A stretch of DNA of 64,000 bases from a virus. Numbering within the stretch: the stretch's first letter is position 1; the number at the start of each line of letters is the position of its first letter. Both the position numbers and the translations under genes were made by a program. The notes under the pieces were generated by a model. That model had not been told where the DNA came from and did no database searches. It saw only the letters and a program-made list of their open reading frames with translations. The stretch spans positions 13,890 to 77,889 of the IMG/VR virus record IMGVR_UViG_3300003323_001359; one strand, written 5' to 3'. Below are positions 55,503 through 64,000 of the stretch, piece after piece.

Positions 55503-56901
55503 GGACCAGGCGTACGCCCTGGACCGGGTCACCGACTGGTTTCAGGGAGCGCCCGAGTCCACGTACTGCGAGGACGAGGACTGCGAGCCCTACCCCCACA
55601 CGCACGGCAACGCCCACGGCTACCCCGTGCTGTCCATCGGTGGCCTCGCCGGCTCCGGCAAGACGTGGCTGACCGGCCAGCTGAGCCGGGTGCTGGGCGC
55701 GCGCGTCGCCTACGGCGCGCCCACGCACCGGGCCGCCGCGGTTCTCCGTGGCAAGCTCGACGAGCTGGACGCGCTCAACGTCCGCACCTACCACTCCCTG
55801 CTGTACCAGGCGCGGGCGACGTACCGCTGCCTGAGAACCGGCCGGCTCGTCGTGGAGATCCCGTGCGGCTGCGACGACCCCGAGGGCTGCGACTGCTCGA
55901 AGGCGTTCAAGCCGTGCGTGGAGCCGCCGGATCACGCGTGTGAGATCAAGGAGGACCTGCAGTTCAAGCTGCGGACCGCCGTCGGCGGCAAGCGCGACCT
56001 GATCATCCTCGACGAGGCGTCCATGGTGTCCGAGCAGCGCGTCGAGGAGATCGCGTCGCTCGGCGTGCCGGTGCTGCTGGTGGGTGACCACGGGCAGCTC
56101 GCGCCGGTCAAGGAGGAGATGAACCGGTGGATGAGGAAGCCGGAGATCGTTCTCAGCACGAACCACCGGCAGAGCGACGCGACGGGGATCGTCGCCGCGG
56201 CGAGGCGGGTCCGCGAGACCGGTCGGCTGCCGCTCGGCACGTACGGTGACGGGTCCACGGCGTGCGTCTCCGCGGCCCTGCGGCCCGAGGTTCTCGCAGT
56301 CGCGTCCCGGGACCGCCTGCCGCCGTCGCCTCACCACGCGATCATCACGCACACCAACCGGATGCGGGCCGCGGTCAACAACTCCTACCGGGACACGCCG
56401 GCGCACCTCGCCGCGCCGGGCATGCCGGTCGTGGGGGACCGCGTGGTGTCGCTGCAGAACGGGGACCGCGTCGTCGTGGAGGTGGGTGAGGGGCTCGGCC
56501 GCGGCGAGGATGGCTGGCGGCCCACCGGGGGGATGGAGTTCGTGTTCAACGGCTCCACCGGCACGATCCGCTCCGTGCGGCGGCCGGAACGGCCCGGTCA
56601 GCGCTGGGTGACCTGCGTGGTGGAGCTCGACGCGGACCGCCGCGGCAAGCCGGGCTGCCACGTGCTGACCCAGCTCGTGACCAAGCAGCTCGGCGCGCCG
56701 GAGCGGCTCGCTCCCAACCAGTTCCCCGACGGCCGGCACCTCTGGGACCTCGCCTACGCGCTCACCGCGCACAAGGCGCAGGGCTCAGAGTTCAGCAAGG
56801 TCGTGGTGCTCGACACGAAGCCACCGGAGCCCAAGCGTTGGCTGTACACCGCCATGACCCGAGCGAAGGACAAGCTTGTGGTCGTCAACTGGAACCGTTA
56901 G
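55489..56901 (+). CDS. RecD/Dda-like SF1B helicase
   Basis: GLAGSGKT, APTHRAA, LDEASM, GDHGQL, HRQ, YALTAHKAQGSE, LYTAMTRA. Confidence 0.92.
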   Translation: MELSEDQAYALDRVTDWFQGAPESTYCEDEDCEPYPHTHGNAHGYPVLSIGGLAGSGKTWLTGQLSRVLGARVAYGAPTHRAAAVLRGKLDELDALNVRTYHSLLYQARATYRCLRTGRLVVEIPCGCDDPEGCDCSKAFKPCVEPPDHACEIKEDLQFKLRTAVGGKRDLIILDEASMVSEQRVEEIASLGVPVLLVGDHGQLAPVKEEMNRWMRKPEIVLSTNHRQSDATGIVAAARRVRETGRLPLGTYGDGSTACVSAALRPEVLAVASRDRLPPSPHHAIITHTNRMRAAVNNSYRDTPAHLAAPGMPVVGDRVVSLQNGDRVVVEVGEGLGRGEDGWRPTGGMEFVFNGSTGTIRSVRRPERPGQRWVTCVVELDADRRGKPGCHVLTQLVTKQLGAPERLAPNQFPDGRHLWDLAYALTAHKAQGSEFSKVVVLDTKPPEPKRWLYTAMTRAKDKLVVVNWNR

Positions 56902-56914
56902 GAACGGAGGAACG

Positions 56915-59146
56915 GTGAACGAGACGGAGCGAAACCTGGTCGCGCAGCTCGCGGAGCTGGTCGAGGACCTGGCCGCGGCGCTCGAGGTCCCGGCCGCGTC
57001 GCACGAGGCGCGTCAGATCGCGAAGGCGCTGCGAGACGGCCGGGGGAACGGCTGATGAGCGACGAGTGCCGGTGTGGGTACGACCAGCGGCAGCGCACGC
57101 ACCTCGCGGCCCTGGCGGAGCTCGTGACGATGCTCGCGCGAGAGGTCAACCGACCCGACGTGGCGACCAAGGCCGACACCCTGATGCAGTTGATCTACGA
57201 GGGGGCTCGATGATGAGTGGGTATGACCAGGTGCTGCCGCAGGTGTTCACGCGCTGCCTGATCGTGGATCGCGTTGACGTGCCCCGGCTCGCGGGCCTGC
57301 TCGTGGGCCCGAGCGAGCGGTACGCGAACGGCAGCAGCTTCGCGGTCACCGTCGACGAGACGCCGCCGCGGGTGAAGGTCTGGCTGTCGAGGTCGAGCTT
57401 CGAGCGTGTGCTCGCCGATGATCTGTTTGGTTCCTCACCGAGGGGGTCGCAGTCGTGCGATTGAGCCGTCCCTGCTACGACAAGCCGTGGCGGTGCCCGG
57501 GTTGGGCCGGCGGTGGGATGAGGTACGCCAGGCGAGAGCGCTGCACCGGCGGCCAGATGCGTGGGTGGAACCACGGCGAGCAGCGGTGGCCGCACCTGAC
57601 GTTCCACCGCTGCAACACCTGCGACGTGGTGACGTGGCCGTTCGTGATCCGGTGGCTCGACCCGAGCTGGCTGCGGCACGCGGTCCACGCGTGGTGGCTG
57701 GCGAGGAGGTTGCGCTGATGCCGCGCATCATCGAGACCCTCGAGCAGGAGGAGATGTGGTACGGCCAGGATGGTCGACCGTACCGCGTCACGGAGATGGA
57801 GACGAGTCACGTCGTGAACGTGCTCGCGTTTCTGCGGCGTCGTGCCGACGACCTGGCGAGGCACGCGGCGTGGTACGAGGTGAGCCACGCGCCGCTCTCG
57901 AGGCAGCTCGAGATCATCGATCGCTGGCGGGGTGAGCTCGGGGATGATCCCGTGGCGTGGCTCGAGCGCCGACCGCTGGTGAAGGCCCTCAGGTACGAGC
58001 TGGTGCTACGGGACACGGTGGAGGGCGAGGTCATCGGTGAGGTCAAGGAGCTGACGTGAGCGGAGAGAAAAGGTAGAGCGATGGGATGGGTCAGGTGCGA
58101 GGGCGGCTGCGGTGAGTTCGTGCGTGGTGGCACCCACTTCGCGTGCCGTGCGTGCTGGGCTCGCCTGCCGGCCGATCTCTGCCGAGAGTACTTCGAAGCG
58201 ATGAAGGGTAGCGTGACCCGACGAAACAACCTCTCCCGGCCGCAGGCGAGGAAGCTGGTGAGGGAGTGGTGGGCCGCGAACCCTCCCGTGAGGGAGACGA
58301 AGGAGCCGCTGTGGAAGCGTCCGCGACCGAGCTGAGCGAGCAGATCGCGTTCCTGCGAGCGTGGGTTGAGCACCATCGGCACGAGGGCGGCGAGCAGTGG
58401 TACGTCGATGAGCACGTCGTGGACGTGGATGCGAACATGCTGTGGCAGGTGGTTGAGCACGCCCTGCGGCTGTGGCACCAGCGGGTGCCACGTGACACGT
58501 GTCAGGTGACACCCGTGGTGTCACGTGACACGCACGACCGTGCCTGACACCGGTTGGGGCGCGCCGGTGCCGGCTCGACGGTACCGGCGCGGCTACGGCC
58601 GGGCACGACCGTGTCCCGTGTGTCAGCGAGCGATCTGCCGGGTGCCAACCACGGGCACGATCGTTCGGCACAACTACCCCTTGGTGCCACCGGATGGCAC
58701 CTACCGAATGCGGTGGCACGGGACGACCGTGACGTGTGGCACCGGGCCGCTGGGATACCCGTCGATCCCCCGGCCGCACGCGCGGTGCCCCGCGTCGGGA
58801 ACGAGGGATGAGGACCACGTTCGAGAGGAGCTGACCCACCGTGGCAGGCAAGCGACACCGAGGAACGACGGGGCGTGACCTCTACCGGGAGAGGATGCGG
58901 GTCCTGCGACGCCACGCTCGTCGCGTCAACGACACCGTGCTCGCGCACTGCGTGCCGACCGAGGCGGAGATCCAACGGGGGTTTGAGATGCACGGCCGCG
59001 TCGGCAAGGTGATCTACGACACGAGGGCGAGGGCGGCGAACGCCGCGACCGAGCTGCGACGGCTCGGGTTCCTGCCGCAGACGCCGTACGAGTGCCCTCG
59101 CGCGGCCGACGGCCACTGGCACCTGCGCAAGCGACTGGAGGTCTGA
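56915..59146 (+). other. run of small hypothetical ORFs (e.g. 56915-57055, 57455-57718, 57718-58059, 58081-58335, 58841-59146)
   Basis: Tightly packed + strand ORFs with RBSs or overlapping start/stop codons; no functions recognised. Confidence 0.55.
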
Positions 59147-59148
59147 CC

Positions 59149-59448
59149 GTGCCCAACGGCAACCAGCGTGGGAGCGCCGCGACGCGGCGAGCGAGAAAGC
59201 GGTGGCTGCTCGACACGTTCGGTGACGGCGTCACGGTCATGTGTCACCTCGAGGTGTCGGACGAGTGCGAGATGGACCTCACGCTGGAGACCCTGACCGT
59301 GGACCGGATCGTGCCGGGCTGCGAGGGCGGGCGATACGTCCGCGGCAACATCCAGCCGGCGTGCAAGCCGTGCAACGACCTGCAGGGCGGGCGGCTGCGC
59401 GTCGCCCGCAGACAGGGTTTACAAGTGAGCGCCGAGGTGGTAAGCTGA
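59149..59448 (+). CDS. HNH endonuclease
   Basis: C...C...TVDRIVP..EGG....NIQPACKPCN. Confidence 0.78.
   Translation: MPNGNQRGSAATRRARKRWLLDTFGDGVTVMCHLEVSDECEMDLTLETLTVDRIVPGCEGGRYVRGNIQPACKPCNDLQGGRLRVARRQGLQVSAEVVS
59417..59446 (+). promoter_or_regulatory. promoter TTTACA-N17-TAAGCT
   Basis: Repeated motif with AGGAAC leader. Confidence 0.8.
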
Positions 59449-59473
59449 TCCCAGGAACGAGGAACGAGAGGAC

Positions 59474-62400
59474 GTGGTTGAGGTGATCGTTGAGGTGAGG
59501 CGAGCGACGAGCGACGCCAAGCTCGCCGACCTGAGCGCCGCCACCTTCCTGGCTCACAGCTGGAACCTGGACGGGCGGTGCGTGGTGGCGCTGCGGGGTC
59601 GACGCTGGTTGGTCGAGCGCACGCGCGGGGCCGAGGGACCCTACGACGCGATCGTGAACCCGGTCATCAACACCGTGTGGGTCCGGGAGGTGACGGCGTG
59701 AGCGGCGCGGTGACGCGAACCTGCGGCTGCGGCGCGCCGGCGACCTTCGAGCTGACGCGATCCCACGACGGTGGCGGCCGCACGTTCACGTGCGACGCTC
59801 ACCTGCCGGACGCGACCCGGTCGGTGGCGGCGAGCGTGCCCAGCTGGGCGACGTACCCGTCGACCCGGGTGACGACGAGGACGTTGACGTCGTGAGCTGG
59901 GATGACCGCCTGGCCGACCACACGCCGCTTCGACACCGCCTGCTGACGGAGGCCGCGGCGGGCCGCCTGCTCATCCACAGCGCCGCGCACCCACGCTTCC
60001 CCGGCGACTTCTTCCGGGGCGCGGTCCGGCTCAGCGACCGTGAGCAGGCGGCGGCGCGGTGGCTGCTCGACGAGACCCTGATCGAGGAGGATCGTCAGGT
60101 CGCGTGGCACGTGCACGAGGTGCGGCCGCGACGGCACAGCCAGGCGCTCGACGTGCTGACGATGTGGAACCATGAGCACGGGAGAGGGGCGTGATGGCGT
60201 GGATGAGCTGAGCGAGGGTGACCGGGCGTGGCACAGCCTGCTCGGTGCCGGCACGGTGATCAAGCTCGTGCCAACCGGCTGGCCCGCCCTGACCCCGATC
60301 GATCAGGCCGTCGTGCGGTTCGACGACTTCGATCAAACGTGTGCGATCCCCCTGACCCGACTGGAGAGGCTGTCGTGAACCGTCTGCTGCTCGGCCGCAA
60401 GCGCTGCGGCGCCGAGATCACCGTGACCACCCGATCCCTGCTGGGACGACCCACGCGCGCCGAGACCGTGACGTGCCTCAAGGAGGACGGTCACGACCGG
60501 GACAGGTTCCCCACCGAGCATCGCGGCGTCGCGACGCAGCTCAAGCGCAGCTCGATCCCCGTGACCTGGCGGGTCAACCGGGAGGGCCACGCGGTCCTGA
60601 CGAGCCCCGACAACCTCATCGAGGTGAACTGACGTGGGCCGCCGGCCGTGGCACGCGCGGTCCGTCGGGTGGCTGCGCGTCGCGGCCGACGTGACCCGCG
60701 ACGAGGAGCTGCGGGAGTGGTTCCTGCGGGCCGCGAGCGACCTGGAGGCTGAGCGACCCGTCATCTGCCTGGATGAGATCCTGGTGGCCGCGGAGCGGGC
60801 CGTGAACGCGGAGCTGGCGACGGCCCGCGCGTTCAGGGAGCGTGGCCACAACTGGTCGGCGAGGTGGTACGCGCTGCCGGATGGGCGTACGTTCCATTCA
60901 CGGGACCGCGGTCACCTCGAGCGCAGCCGTCACAGCGTGCGTCGGCTCGAGACCGCGACGGAGCTCGAGGAGGTGTTCGAGTGATCGGTCGCTCGAGCCT
61001 CGAGCCGAGCCCGCCCCAGCGCGCAGACGCCCACCGCACCGCGAGCGACGACGTGAGGAGGCTGAGGGTACGGTGAGCCGAACGGAGGACCTGACCCAGC
61101 TGCGGCGGGAGATCATCGCAGCTCATCAATCCGTGACCAAGCTGAAGAACCGTGCGCGACGGCTGCTGCCCAACGGGTCACCGGTGTGGCTGCACCTGCT
61201 GGACGCGGAGATCAAGCTGTGGGACGCGCACACCGACCTGACCATCGGGTCGTGAGCGTCGTCAGGACGAGGAACCGGAACGGGGTGCACTTCTCACGCG
61301 CCCCGCTTCCCGGCAAGCACCACCGGTGCGAGCCGTGGACCACGACGCAGGTGACGATCCGGGGCAGGCTCGTGGTCTCCGACCGCTGCGCCTGCGGCGC
61401 GATCCGCACCAACGGCGGCCCGTGGTCCGGCGTGAACTCCCGTCGCGAGAACGGGTGACCGAACCGAGGAAGATGACCGACCTGAAGGGAACGTGACGTG
61501 GACCTATGGCAGATGAGGCTCGACCTGATGAGCGCGCGTCAGAAGACGGTGAACGTGCAGGCCGCGGCGCGCAAGCGGTGGGGCGACCGGTCCGCGGTGG
61601 GAACCGCGGTCAACCTCAGCGTCGCGCGGATCGACGACGCGCTTCGCGTGGTGAACGACCTGATCCAACGGGGGGAGATGTGACCGACTTCGACGACCAC
61701 CGCTGGGCGTGCGAGCGTCACCGCAAGATCTTCGATCGCTGGTGGTGGAAGGTGCGCCGCGACAACGTGCTGGTGGGGCTCATCTCCGCCGCGAACGACG
61801 GCTGCCTGAACGCGAGCGACGACTACGAGGCGTACACCGTCAGCTGCCAGCCGATCCCACCGCGGCCCGCGAGCCGGGGGACGAGCTCCTACACCGCGGC
61901 GCTGCAGCTCATCCACGAGACCGTGCCGGTGAGCCGCGATGCCTGACCCCACCTGCGACACGTGCGGCGAACGCGTGGTGTGGAACGAGATCGAGGGCTG
62001 GCGGCACACCGACGCGGAGCACCCGTTCGGGATGTTCCGGTGCGCGGACCTCGCCGGGCACGTGCCCACCGCGCGACGGTGGCACGAGGCGGTGACCCGG
62101 TGAGCCGCCGCGATCCCCGCGTGCGCGGCCTGCCGGACGAGGCGTGGGGCCGGCGACCGAAGCCCCGCCGTCGGCCGACCAAGGTCCACCTCAAGTCGGG
62201 CCCGTCGAGCGGGTTTCCGGGTCCCGCGTGCGGCCAGGACTTCCGCGTGGAGCGTCGGGGCCACGAGGGGTCGGCGTTCGAGCTGACCGACGACCCCAAC
62301 CGGGTGACGTGCGAGCAGTGCAAGCGGTCCTACGAGTTCCGAAAGCGCCTCGAATAAGGGTTTACATTTTGGGGCGAGGCTGGTAGGTTCGTACCAGACG

Positions 62401-63960
62401 AGGAACCCGGAAGCGAGGAGAGACCGATGAGCGACCGACCGGCCCCCACGGCGGCTGACCTGGACCGGGTCCGGAACCTGATCGAGGAGGCTCGGTCGGC
62501 GGCGCTGACGGCGCAGCGCGAGGCGCTGGCCGTCCTGGGTCTCAGCCCGACGCTGACGCGGATCCTGGCGGCGAGCGAGGAGCTCAACCGCGCTCGGACC
62601 GAGCTGCGGTAGACGGTCCGGGTTGAGGAACCAGGAAGGAGAGGGAACCGTGAACGTGAGCGACGTCCGAAAGGATCTGTGGGTCGCGGGGATCCGTCGG
62701 CGCGGCGGCACCTGCACCGGACGGGTCGACGCGACCCGGTGCGTGCCGGAGGGAGCGCCCCGCGCCGAGGTGGCGTGGGACGACGGCGGCACCCGTTGGC
62801 CGCTGGTGTCGATCCTGGTGCCGCTGGGGGAGACGCCGTGAGCGAGGACTGGAAGGCCGGCTACAAGCGAGCCCTGCTGACCGCGTTCGGACGGTCGGCG
62901 TACGCGTTGAAGCCGCTGCATGGCGGTGCGGACACCTACTACGGTGGGCCGTTCGACTACCAACGCACGACCGAGGTGCACCAGCACCTGTCGTCGATCG
63001 GATGCGAGGTTGACGTTGACGCGTCACCCATGCCGGAGGACGTGAGCTGGGCGCAGTTCAACGGCACGTTCGCGGAGGACGACACGCGGCACGGCCTGGA
63101 CGGCTCGATCACGTGCCGCTGCGGGCGCCTCCGCGGGGTGCCGGTCCGGTGGGAGGGCACGTTCAGCGAGCTGCTGACCCAGGTGCTACGAGAGGACTGA
63201 GGATGACGAGCGACGAGCGACCCAGGCTGGATGACCGGGTGCGGGCCGAGCGCCTGCCCGGCGGCCTCGGCACGGTCATCGACTACCAGCACGCGCACCG
63301 CGGCAGCCCGGAGCGGTGGCTGGTGCGACCCGAGCGGGCCGGCGAGCTGCCGCTGTGGCTGACCCGGCGCGAGTTCGAGCTCGTGTCGCGACCCAACCCG
63401 TGACGCGAGGAGGCGAGCCAACGTGAACCAACGACGGCTGAGCGAGGCGGAGACCCTGCTGAGCGACGCGCTCGATCGGATCGGCCGGGCCCACGACCTG
63501 CTCAAGAACGAGCCGGGCTGCACGGTGGCCGACATGCAGGTGAACAGCGCCAGGCGGACGATCAGCCTGTGCCTGATCAACGTGCGGGAGCGGCTGCGGC
63601 GGTGGAGGGACTGATGGACTGGCTGACGGCCCTGCTCGACGCGCTGGCCGACGCGGTGGAGGGACTGTTGGACGCCCTGCCGTGGTCGAGCCGGCGACGG
63701 CGGAACCGACGACGGGGAGGACGGTAGCCGTGGGCTCATCGAGGCCGCGGCCGCAGCCCCTACGGGGCCCGGAGCACCGGGTGGTCGCGGCCGAGGTCGC
63801 GGACCAGCTGACGACGGCGCACCGCGCGGTGAGCCAGGCTCACCGCGTGGCCCTGAGCCAGCTCGGGGTGAGGGACGAGACAACGATCGAGGTGGCCGAG
63901 GCGCTCACCGCGGTGAGCCGGGCCGCGGCGAGGCTGCGAGAGAGGTTGAGCCAGCGGTGA
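59474..63960 (+). other. run of small hypothetical ORFs (e.g. 59474-59701, 60634-60984, 61073-61255, 61498-61683, 62427-62612, 62838-63200, 63423-63614)
   Basis: Dense small + strand ORFs typical of phage accessory regions. Confidence 0.55.
62361..62389 (+). promoter_or_regulatory. promoter TTTACA-N17-TAGGTT
   Basis: Repeated motif with AGGAAC leader. Confidence 0.78.
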
Positions 63961-64000
63961 GCGACGAGACCGAGCGCGAGAGCGAGACCGGGCGGGGGAT

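Overview
The window is most of the genome of a high-GC, long-tailed (siphovirus-like) phage infecting Actinomycetota. An Rpf gene and the absence of lysin B suggest a non-mycolate host, and no integrase is visible. Layout: a secreted LysM-Rpf gene; terminases; a portal and a prohead protease carrying long C-terminal extensions; capsid and tail genes interrupted by a six-gene glycosylation cluster; a lysis cassette (to about 36.7 kb); a leftward arm with an ADP-ribosyltransferase, a probable cytosine-hypermodification pathway and replication/recombination genes (36.8-54.3 kb); and a rightward arm of a RecD-like helicase plus many small ORFs. Most notable: (1) the portal carries HiPIP-like, Nudix and ParB/Srx-like domains, possibly released by proteolysis as packaged cargo; (2) an Asp-type thymidylate-synthase homologue fused to Endo VII, a kinase fused to a UDG-like domain, a GT-B enzyme, a dNTP pyrophosphatase and a divergent C5-MTase; (3) 11 copies of a GTTTACA-N17-TAnnnT promoter, most followed by tandem AGGAAC leader repeats, two with the -35 box at the centre of a long inverted repeat; (4) a 144-aa protein that is about half His+Arg, in the neck module. 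All calls come from reading motifs by eye; no searches were run.
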